A stretch of 64,000 nucleotides of DNA, taken from positions 2,108,001 through 2,172,000 of the forward strand of contig JBNJNM010000006.1 of assembly GCA_052426225.1 (NCBI GenBank), in the 5' to 3' direction. This DNA is from Zancudomyces culisetae HAW-14-8 (Eukaryota > Fungi > Kickxellomycota). This document shows, piece by piece, positions 39,401-51,483 of the stretch; position 1 is the first letter of the stretch, and every line of letters starts with the position of its first letter. Made by a program: the position numbers and the translations under genes. A model generated the notes under the pieces. That model searched no databases and was not told the origin of the DNA. It saw only the letters and a program-made list of their open reading frames with translations.

Positions 39401-40392
39401 TAGTTGTAGACAGGTTCACTAAAATGAGCCATTTCATCCCGCTTAAGAAGCTGCCATCCTCAGAAGAAACTGCCTCCGCCTTTTTCACACATGTATTCAA
39501 GCTTCATGGACTTCCAGACGTCATAATCTCAGACCGTGGAACCCAATTCTCGTCCAAATTTTGGAGTTCACTATTCAAACTGCTCAAAGTTGATACTAGA
39601 ATGTCTACAGCCTTCCATCCAGAGACAGACGGTCAAACGGAGCGGGTGAATCAAACATTGGAACAGTATCTACGCTGTTTCATCAACTATCAGCAAGATA
39701 ATTGGTTTGAACTGCTCCCAATTGCCGAATTTGCTTATAACAACACTCTCCACTCCAGCACTAATACTTCTCCTTTCTTTGCTCTATATGGTTACCATCC
39801 AAGATTTGATCCTCAAATCACTAAAAACGTTCACGTCCCCAGCGCTTCTGATAGGATAAAACAACTCAAAGAACTTCAATCAGCCCTCACATCCATACTT
39901 AACAAGAAATCTCAGGAATATAAAAAGTATGCTGATGTAAACCGATCTGAACATCCAAAGTATAAACTAGGTGACAAGGTTTGGCTATCCAGCCAAAATA
40001 TCAAAACTCAAAGGCCTTCTAAAAAGCTTGACCATAGACTTCTAGGCCCATTCACTATTTCAAAAATTATCAATCCTGTTTCTGTCCGTTTAGACCTCCC
40101 GCCATCAATGAAAATCCATAACACTTTTCATGTCTCGTTATTGGAACCGTATATCGAACCCAGCAGTAACCGCAGATTAATAAACAGTCCTCCTCCACCT
40201 CTAATCATAAATGGAAATAAAGAATATGAAGTTAAGGCTATTTTGGATTCTAAGCTTGTACGGGGTAAAAAATATTGCTTGGTTGATTGGAAAGGCTTTG
40301 ACATAAGTGAAAGAAGCTGGGAGCCGATTGAAAACATAAACGCGCCTCAACTATTGAAAAAATACTATAAGACATATCCCAACAAACCATAA
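36440..40392 (+). CDS. Pol of element F (PR, Pro-rich linker, RT, RH, IN, chromodomain), -1 frame to gag, with one 1-nt frameshift at ~39302
   Basis: LVDSGAS, YLDD, ETDASDYAIGA, HHCC, MDFITDLP, SDRG, GPF, EYEVKAILD...VDWKGF...SWEP. Confidence 0.9.
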
Positions 40393-40507
40393 GAGCAACA
40401 TTATATTACATTATTTAACCAATATTATACCTAAATACTTATCAAAAAAAACTATAAAAACAACCTAAAAACAACTAAAAAGCATAAAAAATTATAAAAG
40501 AAAAAAT

Positions 40508-40774
40508 AAAAAAGAATGAACTTAGGAGGGCGCTAACGTCTTGGGCCACACAATCACGTGATTCGAATTAACTGCTCGAGATCCCGAAGGAGTTATCGGA
40601 GAGGTGAAACGGTCCGGTACTAGTCCCGAAAGACGTTATCGCGCACATTGGCCCCGTGAAACATCACATCCACTCTACAGCTAATTACTTCCCAATTACG
40701 GTCTTACAGCGAAGGATCGAACCAGGGTCCTGCAGAATACAAGTTCGACGCCTTAGCCACTCGACTATAAGCTC
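40508..40774 (-). ncRNA. Candidate Pol III transcript inside the F 3' UTR: degenerate tRNA-like head + structured body + T6 terminator
   Basis: A box TAGTCGAGTGG (40767-40757) at tRNA position 8, D-stem GTC/GGC, B box GGTTCGATCC (40723-40714), partial acceptor pairing CTTA/TAAG. No T4 run until TTTTTT at 40513-40508. Confidence 0.6.
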
Positions 40775-40954
40775 ACATTTTTGTCCAAGATATTATTTTT
40801 ATATATTTAAAATATTCTTTGAAGGGGGGATAATGTCAGAATCGCATTATTTACCCATAAGTTTTAATATATATTTTTAATCATATTTAATTACCTTTGA
40901 ATCCTAACTTGGGAACATTAAGTTTCCCAACTTAAATAAATTAGTTTCCTGACA

Positions 40955-43299
40955 ACTGGAATATCTAGGACACACTATTTCCCAAGACGGTATTGGTACT
41001 AGTCCAACCAAGATAGAATCTGTAAAAAAGATTCAAGTACCTAGTAACGTAAAAGAACTGCAATCGGTTCTTGGTCTCACCGGTTACTATCGTAAATATA
41101 TACCTGGATATTCGAAAATTGCTAGCCCACTTACGACTCTATTACGGAAAAATAATCGCTTCGCATGGGGTCCGGAACAAACTTCAGCACTAAACGAGTT
41201 AAAAAATAAGCTTATTACTGCTCCAGTATTGGGTTTTCCTATATGGGATAAAGAGTTTGTACTTACTACGGATGCTTCTGTGGTAGGACTCGGTGCAGTA
41301 TTATCACAAATTATTGATGGACAAGAACGGGTGATTGAGTATGCTAGCCGTACAACAAACAAGGCCGAAAAAAACTATAGTATTAGCCATTTGGAGGCTT
41401 TAGCAGTTATTTGGTCAGTAAAAAAGTTTAAGTATTACTTATGGGGACGTAAGTTTAAGATACGTACAGACCATAAGTCATTATTACAAATATTTAATGG
41501 CACGGAACTTACTGGTAGAATTGCCCGCTGGGCAATGATACTGCGTAACTACGATTATTATATTGAGCACCTTCCTGGGAAAAATAATCCTGCTGATACA
41601 TTGTCTAGAAATAAAGAAGATTTTAATATGAAAGAAAATATCGAATTGGATATACTTTCAATGGATTTAGTTGATTATATAGATATAATACAGTACCTTA
41701 CAACAATGCAGTATCCTAAAGGAGCTTCAGCCAAAGAAAGAGAGAAAATACGTAACCGTTCTAGACAGGTCATTTAAATCAAGGAAAGTTATTTAAAAAA
41801 GTAAATAAAGAATTAAAAGAAGTTCTACATGAAAGGAATTTTAAGGAAATTGTCACAAATATTCATAATGAAGGGCATGAAGGAATTGAAAACACTTGGA
41901 ATAGAGTTTCAAGTAAATACACTGGAAAAAATTTATATCAAGATGTTGTGGATATTGTAAAATCGTGTCACATTTGTCAACTTCACAAAGGTGGAAAAAC
42001 GAAAAAAAATAAATTAGTGCCAATTGTTTCTTCAAGACCGTTTGAAATTTTTGGAATAGATGCTATTGGACCAATTGCACCAATTACAAAAAATGGGAAT
42101 CGTTATATTTTGACAGCAATTGATTATTTCACTAAATGGCCAATTGCCATTCCAGTTTCTAATTTGCTAAGCGAAACAATTATAAATTTTATTATTAACG
42201 AAATTATCGCAAATTATGGAGTCCCTCAACAAATAATTAGCGACCGTGGTTCAAGTTTTGTTTCGGACAATACAACAAATGTTTTTAAATGGTTGGGACT
42301 GAAACATAGTCCTACAACATCCTATAGGCCACAAAGCAATGGCCAGGTCGAACGATTTAACAGAACATTAGTAAACATACTTATTAAACAATGTAAAAGC
42401 GATAAGGAAAATTGGGATGCATATATTTGGAAGACTCTTATGGTGGTAAGATCACTAAAAAATAAATCTACAGGTTATACGCCTTCTGAGTTGTTATATG
42501 GAGTAAATATTTGTTTACCTTCTACTTGGACTTACAATGGCGAGATTGAAAATGTGGAAGAAAATATTTTGAGTAGAATAAAAAGTTTTAAAATAGATAT
42601 TCCTGAACTACGTGAACTTGCGTTCAAAAACTCGATAATTGCGAAACGATCGATGGAAGAAAGGTATAACCGCGATGTTCAACATTTTAAATTTCGAATC
42701 GGCGACACGGTATTGAAACGAGTAGAAATGGAAAGAAGCAAATTCGAAAGTTATTGGGAAGGCCCCTATACGGTTCAAAGAGTATTCTCAAAAGGAGCTT
42801 ATATTATTAACGATCATCAAGGTAACCGTGAATTAGTAAACGGTGATATGTTAAAAATGTACTTCACAAATAAGAACATGATACCCGAAGTAACAACTAC
42901 GCTTAAATCCAAACTAAAAAGGTTTAAAAATAGAGAGCGGGATGAGGGCATCCACGCTTAAGGGAGGAGGTTCTGTTATATAGTGGCTAGAGCTACCTCT
43001 AGACATTATTAATTATAACTTACCAATTACATATTTATTTCTATATATTAATATTTAGGTTTATCAATTAATATAAGTTAATATTTATTATAGGTTATTT
43101 AGTATATTATGTGTTGCCTAGTTTTTTTTATCCTTCTGGATTTTTTCTACAGCAACATTCTGGTTTATTATTAATATTTAGTTTATGTTTTAAGTTTAAG
43201 TATATATTTAGTTTTCAAGTATATAATAGTCATTTAATTATAAGTATAAATAGGGCTAGGAAACTAGCTATGAAAACATCATCAAATAAAAATATAACA
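40955..43299 (+). mobile_element. Element E2: 3' half of a Ty3/Gypsy element of a different family from E1 (end of RT, RNase H, integrase, PPT, 3' LTR 42974-43299)
   Basis: LEYLGHTISQDGI, TTDAS, GIDAIGP, SDRG, WEGPY; PPT AAGGGAGGAGG; LTR TGTTATAT...ATATAACA unrelated to the E1 LTR. Confidence 0.88.
40956..42961 (+). CDS. Pol C-terminal half of E2 (one 1-nt frameshift at ~41773)
   Basis: ORFs 41229-41777 and 41948-42961 plus their open upstream extensions give continuous RT-RH-IN homology. Confidence 0.85.
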
Positions 43300-43440
43300 A
43301 AAGGTTTGGTCTATATTCAATAAGTGTATAACTTTTATTTTGAAAACTACAAAGAATAGCACATAGGATAGTTAGTTATAATTAGAATATATTTACAAAA
43401 GCAATACGAAAATAGTGAACCTGAATTTTCGTCAACAAAC

Positions 43441-43773
43441 TGTCGTATGAGAATACGACGATAGTTATTTTTAATTTAAATTATTGAGTTTTATTAATAT
43501 TCGTATAGTTAGCTGAGATTGTACCTTTTTCCCCTTGTGGTTTTTGTCAATCAATATTTTTAGTCATTAAGTAGAATAACATTTAGTTTTATTATCGAAG
43601 ATAATTCAGGGTATAGGAGAATGCCCTCAACAAAAAATGAATAAAAAAATCTTTTAAACACATAATATAATAATAAGTTATAATAGTATTAAACAAATAA
43701 GAAAATACACAAACCATACTTATAAAAAAGATAAATAATAAACAAACATTAGACTTTTATAGATTCTACAACA
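43441..43773 (+). repeat. Solo LTR S7, immediately upstream of tRNA-Gly
   Basis: TGTCGTA...TACAACA termini, AAAC on both flanks (43437-43440 and 43774-43777), motifs shared with S1. Confidence 0.65.
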
Positions 43774-43782
43774 AAACCACAA

Positions 43783-43853
43783 GCGTTAGTAGTATAGCGG
43801 TAGAATAGTTGCCTTCCAAGCAATTGGCCCGGGTTCGACTCCCGGCTGACGCA
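43783..43853 (+). tRNA. tRNA-Gly (anticodon TCC)
   Basis: Acceptor GCGTTAG/CTGACGC, anticodon arm GTTGC-CT-TCC-AA-GCAAT, T arm CCGGG-TTCGACT-CCCGG, TTTTT terminator at 43858-43862. Confidence 0.96.
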
Positions 43854-46007
43854 ATCCTTTTTATTAAATTACTATTTTCTTTTATTGTAATATATTGTAG
43901 ATGTCATAAGTTATCTTTATATTTTTCAGCTAATGTGATGGCTGAGTTTCGTATAGCACTGATTAAGTCAGTTATACTCAGTTATCCGATCACTTCATTA
44001 TTCATGTTTGCCGTATGAAGAATGTTTTATATACCTTTTATTATTGATTAAACTAATGTAACACTAAGTAAACTATATCAGTAAGGTGCTATTTTCAATT
44101 ATTAAGTATATAAAAACGTATATGTAAAGTATGTTCTTGTTAGAAAAGCTAAAGATGCTATTTTCGTTGTCCGCTCTTGTTTTATTCGGTTTGTTATTCA
44201 CTTTACTATCTTAGATCATTTTTACTATTTATTCTGCTAGCTATCAATGGTAGTTATCTTCTACTAAGGAATCGCAATTGATTCGCTAACAAAAAGTATG
44301 TATCCGTTGTACTACATTATATCATATTTTTCATCTATTTGTATCTTAATATCATTCTTCTAGATAATTTATATCAATTGGAGATTCCTCAATTTTAATA
44401 TAGACAATTAGGATAGAAATGTAGCATATTGATCAGCGAATAAAATATTGAGGGTATTGCAATAGTATATTGTAGTTTATCAGCTACATACTGTTAGGTA
44501 GTGAATTTACTGATTTCTTTAGTGGTATATAATTTATAATGAAAGCAAGAAAAATTTTTAGGAAAAAACGATCTAGGATAGTATATTGAAGAGCAAAGAA
44601 CATATATCGAGAGTCGGCCAACTAAAAGAAAAATCTTTAGCCTTTTTATCTGAATTTATTTATATACGTTTTTTATACATACTAATATTGCTAGTGTTTA
44701 AAGACGAGTTTATTTACAATTGATTTTATTATTATTCTAACAAAATAAATAAAATTGAATTATACGTTTAACGGCAATCAAAACTTGTGATGATATCCGG
44801 GACTTGAGTATAGCTGACATCATCTTGTGATATACCTTAACTCAGCAATCATATAATTTGAAAAATATATCAATTAATGTTGAGGTTGGTTTTTCTTGTG
44901 ATTGACTTTGTTTACTTGATCCCGACATATCAAAATATGGGTACGTTTATAAAATTCTGTTACAGTCTTTTTCTTTTGTTTAAAACTATTTATAGAATAA
45001 TTTTTTTGTCGACATCCTAAAGTATTTTAATAATTATACCAGATGTATTTTTTTACGTATAGGATGTGAGAAACCATGTATTGAGAGAGGGGACACGTTA
45101 ATTATTTTACAGCTTTATTTTAAAGGCAATATTACATTTTGTTATAGAAACCATTCAAAGAAATTACCATATTTTAAAGAGAACAAGTTGATACTAATTT
45201 GATAAAAATGATACCTGTTAAGCTTTTAATAAACCCATAGAAACTGTACTTTATAGTATACTATCTAGTGTTTAATATTATATGATTTATAATAACAGCA
45301 ATTTTAACATTCAATACGGCAATTAGAACTAGATACGTGGCCCGAGACCTGAGCATAACCGTTATAATCAGTGCTATACTTACCTCAGCCATTCACCTTA
45401 ACAGAAAAATATTTCTGATAAATAATAACATGTACATTATATTACTTTATAATATTGATAATCCTTTTGTTGGTGAATTGACCACGACTCAATTCATAAT
45501 GCTACTGCGATTGAGAGCAATGTCTTGAATAATTAATAAGAACCTCACTTTTCACACCATGTGTAATGTAGAACTAGAATAAAATGTATGTGAGTGTGAA
45601 CAGAAAAACGCGGAAATGTTAGTCTCTTTTTTAAAGCATATATTTTAGCTTGTAATTACATACAATTTTATCAACTGTTAAATACTCAAAAACAAACATA
45701 ATTACAAGTTATCTCGACCAGAGTAATCTTGCTGAATATGTGATATTTCAAATTCACAAGCAACATGTCTGAAAAATATAAAGTTGATTAAAACTACACA
45801 TCAATCCTGAAATTTTTAACTAGTTTAATAACGCACTTTAGTTTTTTAAAAACGGATTTTTGCTAAATAACACTTTTAATATATTACATTCTTACTAGTG
45901 TTATCCCAACTAATATATAAACGAGATTGGAGGTATTTATTTTTGAGTAAACAGTAATAAAAGTTAATCAAAAAAAAAAAACATATTAATTTTTTAAAGA
46001 GAAAAGT

Positions 46008-46876
46008 TTAGACGAGTTTTTTAGCCTCAAAGAATCTCCTGAGGTGCTTGAGTTGCCAATAACAAACAAGTCCAATTAGGATAACCTGAATCAAGGCCCA
46101 CACGTATACTCTCTTGTTGATAGATTTTACAGTCTCGTTGAACTGAGCTTCTCGTTCTTTTTGGTACTTTTGTTCGTCTCTGATTCCAAGAATTCTGTTG
46201 TTAAGGATTCTGATGTTGGCTTGAAGTTCGGAAACCTTTTCTCCGGTCTTTTTGCCGTCGACATCTTCCTCATTACTGAAAATGTCAAATTCGACTTTTA
46301 GTTTGTTTGGTGGGGCAATGTTAGGGTTTGGTGTGTTGGGGGTAAAGCAGATGTTTTGACGGCCGCTAGTGACTACAGAAAAGGAAAATTTTCCTTGCTG
46401 TCCGCCCTTCTGATCCATAATCCGTTTGTTTGTTTGTATATCCTAATTTCATGTTTGGGTAAATTTGGTTATATTTTGAAAATATGGATAAATTAATCAT
46501 CCAACGATCATTATCCGTTAAAATGAAAAGTTGAAATTAAATATTTATAAATAGATGATCTTGTGGGTATTGAAATATAAATACTACAAGATAGATAATG
46601 AAATTAAAAATGTTCTGAATTTCTCTTTCAAAATTTGTTATTACACACTAAGAACAAAATAAAGGTACTTACATCTACAGTAATGTGAATATTTAGATTC
46701 TGGTTTTCTACAGTTCGTTTTTGAGCTGTATAGTACTCGTAAATGCTGTATTTGCCCCTCACGACGTATTTAGCTGGGGCCTCCTGGATAAAACATTCTC
46801 GGTGAGCAGGGTTGGCGTAAAAGTAGATTGCGCTGGTCACGGATGAAAAAAGTAGAATGTTGGTTATTAGATTCAT
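46008..46876 (-). CDS. p24/emp24/gp25L-family cargo receptor, alpha type (Erp1/TMED9-like); exons 46876-46673 and 46442-46008
   Basis: Signal peptide, GOLD domain (RECFIQE...NICF), EQKYQKEREAQF coiled coil, TM helix and FFEAKKLV tail. Phase-0 GTAAGT...TAG intron. Confidence 0.9.
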
Positions 46877-47484
46877 CTTTGCTGTAGTCAAATGTATACA
46901 CTAGAATTATATATAAATGTATAGTAGATGATATAAAGTTTCAAACTCCCTATTCCGTTTTTAGATTTTTAATAATAAAATACTTCATTTATGTTATGGA
47001 AAAAATATTGAACAATGGAAATGAAAATGAAAATTCAAAATTGTTAAAAAAAACAATGATGTCAATTTGTAATAGGGTAGATTTTCGAATAAACCTTTTG
47101 GAGCTGGATTTTAATGGCTTTGTTCACGTAATCTCAGCTTTTTTGTATTTGAAAATTAAACTAAAGGTGTGTGTGGTTTTTACAGTTTGTAAAATTCTCA
47201 ATTCTGATTGTTATTGTATACTTCTAATGTGATAATAAACTCTGGGTGACCCAAAGTATATATTATAGTCGCTACAAGAGAATAGACAGCAAGCTAGTCT
47301 GCCCGCTGTAATATCCTGTATAAACATGAATATTAAAGTAAAATAATAGTATTTGACAATTATCAGTTATATACACATTTGTTATTTAAATAGAATAAAT
47401 AGAGTGCCAGAGAAAATAAATTTAATGTCAGAAGCAGTAAAAAGAATATAAAAGCTATTTTAGCAAACGAATCAAGAGGGAAAA

Positions 47485-50260
47485 CTACTTTCTACGCTTG
47501 TTTTTGGATTTTGATTTTTGATTGCGAAGGTCCTTTCTGAGTCTGGAGTCAACCATCTTGTATTTGCCCTTAACACCCTTAGGTCTTCCCTTAACCCTCT
47601 TGTTAGAACCTTTAGCAACGACAACCTTGGCTTTGTTTTTGCGAGATTTTGCGTTGGCAGAAGCAATTCCCTTTCTCATCATTGACTGGATGGATTTGGC
47701 TTTCTCAGCCTCAGTCATATCAGTACTTTCATTCATATCATTAGCTTTAGCCTTTAGTTTCTCTAGTTTCTTCAAAAACTTGTTCTTCTTTCTTGCCTTG
47801 GCTTCCATAACCTTCTTTATAGGTCTGGAGTTGATTTTTTCCGAGGATGCCTTCAAAGACTTCATAGCGTCTTCGGAGATGGGAATAACTGGTTTGTTGA
47901 ACTTTCTTTCGTTGTCCAAATACCAGGATGGAAGATCTTGAATATCGTTGTGAGCGTATCTATTATAGTAGTTGTCAATAAGCTTTTCCTTGGTAATATT
48001 CCCATTTAGCAAGTCGTGGGCTAGGGTGAGAGCCTCTGGAGTATTCAATATTGAATAGTCAAGATCATCATCATCCTCCTCAAGAGCCTCCTCTTTAAGT
48101 TCAGCATTTTTTTTTTGTTGAGTTTTCTTAGAAGGTAAAACAGTAGGAACATCCTCATTAGTGACTTTGACTTTATCATTGGCTTTGGCTTTGGCTTTGG
48201 CTTTGGTTTTGTCTTTGGATTTAGTTTTGGTGTTGGTATTAGCTTCGGCTTTAGATGAAACAGTGGTAGAGGAAGGAGCTGAAGTGGTTGATTGAGTATC
48301 ATCAAGTTCAATAGAATCAGGTGCAATAGGAATATCCTTGAATAAAGGTTGGTCAAACCAAAGTGCTGCCTGTTTGGAGAGTTGGATGGATTCAGAGTCT
48401 TCAACTTTTTGTTTTTTAAGCGATCTTTTCATTTCGGAAATGGCTTCTTCATCGTCCGAATCAGGTGAAGCACCACTGCGAGACTGACCTGGTCTCTTTC
48501 TCTTGGTGCTCATATCATCATCACTGTCACTTTCGCTACCAGTGTCGTCTTCAGCCAATGCCTTATCTCTATAAGTATCTTTATCCATATCACCATAGCT
48601 TTCTATGCTTTCAAGATCGCTATCAAATCCACGAAACTCTTTTTTGTCATTATTTTCAGGTCTAGTTTTAGTCGATGACTTTTCCAAGTATTGAGAATAC
48701 TGTCTGTCAAGCTCTCTGTTCATCATTAGAGCTCTTTTGCGGTCATGTCCCGATTTTGCAATGTCATCACCCGAATCAAAGTCGCTACCTTCATCTTCAG
48801 AGTGCGAATAGCCAAACTCCTCTTCAATGTCTGAATCAGGGTCTAGTTCATTGGCATCGTCTATATCAATCTGTCCTACCACTTTTCTAATAGTTTTGGC
48901 CTTTGATTTAACACCTGAGGATGAGATAGTGAACAGAGATTCGTCACCTTGATCCATTCCAATATCAGCTGGTGTTGTCATGTTAAGTTGAAGCTTTACA
49001 AGTTGCTTTTTACGTCGTTCGTTGACCTTTCTCCGCTCCTTTCGCAGTCTTTTTTTGTCTGCCTCTGCAACCAACTCCAGCTCATCTGCACTCTCCAATT
49101 CTTCCTCCCCCTCTCCTTCTTTTTTATCAGCTTGCTGTTGCTGCTGCTGTTTAGCGTCTAGCTGCAGTCTCTCTCTGATGCTTGCGCGCCATTTCATCAG
49201 TTTCCTAAAATCCTTTTTACCCAAAACTTTCAAATCAGCACATGCCAAAAGAATGTCTTGATCTGTCTCTGGGTATTTTGCAAGCTCTTTATCTTCTGTT
49301 TCAACAAATTCCAACACGTTATTTGTGGCCAATACCACCGCTGGCTCCTTGCTATTTATAAAATCCATTGCTCTCTGCTTTTTGAACAACACATTTAATC
49401 CTTCCTCGTACCCCTCACGGTGCCGTTTCTTTTGCTTTTTCTCTGGTGCAAAAATATCCTCAACATTATTCTGCTTACCAGTTAGATCCAATTCTTCAAA
49501 TACATATCTACTATCTAAAAACTTGCTATCAATCTTCTTTGGTGCTTTGAAGCCCTGACACACCACAAATATTTCCGCTGATACGTTTCTGGATGATGGT
49601 GGTTTGGTTGCCTCCACCTTTTCGAAAAGCTGATTAAACACCCACAACAAGCTATTATAATCGCGTGATCTAAACACCTTGGTAACAAAAACACCTCCCT
49701 TTTTCAAAAACTCGGTTGCCAGACTCAATGATTTCAATACCAGCTCTGCCTGTGTAAACGCATCATGTTCCCATGCCGCACCCACATTTGGTGCACCGTC
49801 ATGTAATACTCTATTACCATTTTGTTTCAATTAGTGACAATCCTTAAAAATTTATGTTAAAAAATGTAGTTTTTCTTTAATTTTGCTGCTTTAATACTAC
49901 AGTAGTAACACTGAACACTTACACGTCAGCCTTCCAGGTTTTTAGTGTTTGACTCAAGCTGTTTCTACATTTATCCGTTGTAATATCTTCCACAAGCGTA
50001 ATAACCTTGGGTATTGGTTTAATCGGCACCAAATCCACTCCTACTATTACACTTGAGCTAGGCATATATTTCTGTGCAACTTGCAGCCAACCTCCTGGTG
50101 CAGCACAAAGATCGATTAGAGCCCTAGCAGATCCCAAGAAATTGTATTTTTTGTTCAATTGAATCAACTTGAACGCCGAACGGGCTCTGTAGCCCTGCTC
50201 CTTCGCCAAGTGGTAGTACTTGTCCAACCGTCCCTTTCCTGTTTTCTTTTTAAAACCCAT
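47485..50260 (-). CDS. SPB1: AdoMet-dependent 27S pre-rRNA 2'-O-methyltransferase Spb1/FTSJ3; exons 50260-49923 and 49810-47485
   Basis: [37 protein letters not shown], spliced [28 protein letters not shown]-terminal [16 protein letters not shown]. Confidence 0.96.
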
Positions 50261-51483
50261 TTTCCTTGTTGTCTAGTATATGCCTGTTTTCTATACAATT
50301 TTCATGCAAAGTATTCGGGTTGTATTTCTGGTTAACTAGGCTCAATCGTATTTTTTTCAATGAAAAATTTTTTTTTTTTAAAAAATATTGTAACTTACCA
50401 CAGCAAGAAAACCTGTTGAAAAAAATTTTCATCAAATTGGAAAAAAATACTGACCTTTTTCCAAATCACGTTGATACATTTTTATAGGCTAAATCAAAAT
50501 TAATGCTATGTGATATTTTGAAATCAAGGTCATGGCTCGAACTTCAATTTTGATCTTAAAGTGTCGAGTTCAAATAACATTTTGAAAAACATGAAATGAC
50601 TACATATGCTATTTGAATTTATATACGGACCAAGTATACTGTTTGTTCCATACTATTTGTTTTTGGTTTGGCACATTTTTTTTGGAAAGAGTTTAACTAC
50701 AAAACACTTTTACCATTGCAGCAAGTGAATACACATATTTTTGTTGTATGGTACAAACACCTTATACAGTAGATATAAACACCCCAGTATATACACTCAT
50801 TTATATTTGATATACGGTGATGTTTGTGACATATCTAAAATATATAGCCATTTAATCCTTTTGAAATTTTATTCTCTCGACAACTAATTAAACACAAAAA
50901 TCAAAACCCATTGACACTGTACTTGTTTAAATCATTGTAAAAGTATTATATATAGCAACACGATAGCTTCACCGCGTTTCAGAATAGTCACCTATTTATT
51001 TGATTGCCTATATACGTTGAACACAGATACAGGCACAGGCACAGACACAGACACAGATGTTATTTACTTCTTGTGCGCCATTTTGGCATTAGTCAAAATG
51101 GGTCGTATATCAAACTGTCTATGTTGCATTTCATACAGTCAGCAGTTCTAAGCCAAGCAATAGATTTTATAACTTGTTGGCTTACTTTTGTTTTCTAGAA
51201 CCATTTTGTTTTCCCTTATTTATTTTGATTCGTCGTATTGATACTATCCGCTAAAAAAAAATTTTTTTTTCGAATTAAAAGTCACTGATAACTTTTTTTT
51301 GATTAAGGCCATGCTAACAACTGTGGAAAAAAAATAATAATCAATGTATGGGAATAATTTGGGATTGTTTTTGATTAACTGGAATTTAAGAATCAACTGA
51401 ATATCAACTATTTCTACCAGACTTTTAAAGGTATAATATAGAATCACTACGAAAATAAAAACAGCAGTTTAGTTTTTGCGGAA

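Larger units (their letters stand above)
35355..40954 (+). mobile_element. Element F: full-length chromovirus (Tf1/sushi-like) with very short LTRs
   Basis: 121-bp LTRs at 35355-35475 and 40834-40954 (1 mismatch; TGTCAG...CTGACA), PPT GAAGGGGGGA at 40821-40830, gag plus -1-frame pol with chromodomain. Confidence 0.95.

Noticed and set aside
40520-40660. Assignment of the F-UTR structure to twister or HDV-like/theta ribozymes
   Set aside because: Only superficial fragments match. On the minus strand P1-3' directly abuts P2-3' with no P4 or J4/2, so I left it unclassified.
40700-40774. Functional tRNA gene or self-encoded primer tRNA
   Set aside because: The anticodon and T stems do not pair properly, and the 3' end is not complementary to the F PBS.
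31667-43299. E1 and E2 as one element with F simply nested inside
   Set aside because: The outer LTRs are unrelated, there is no TSD, and the YLGH segment is duplicated in divergent form.
43300-43437. Possible additional LTR fragment between the E2 LTR and S7
   Set aside because: Only the right TCAACA end is LTR-like, so it is not listed as a feature.
43809-44018. 69-aa ORF
   Set aside because: Overlaps the tRNA gene, has a TTG start and no recognisable homology.
44000-45900. Possible gene or relic between tRNA-Gly and the p24 gene
   Set aside because: No convincing ORF, splice pattern or motif recognised.
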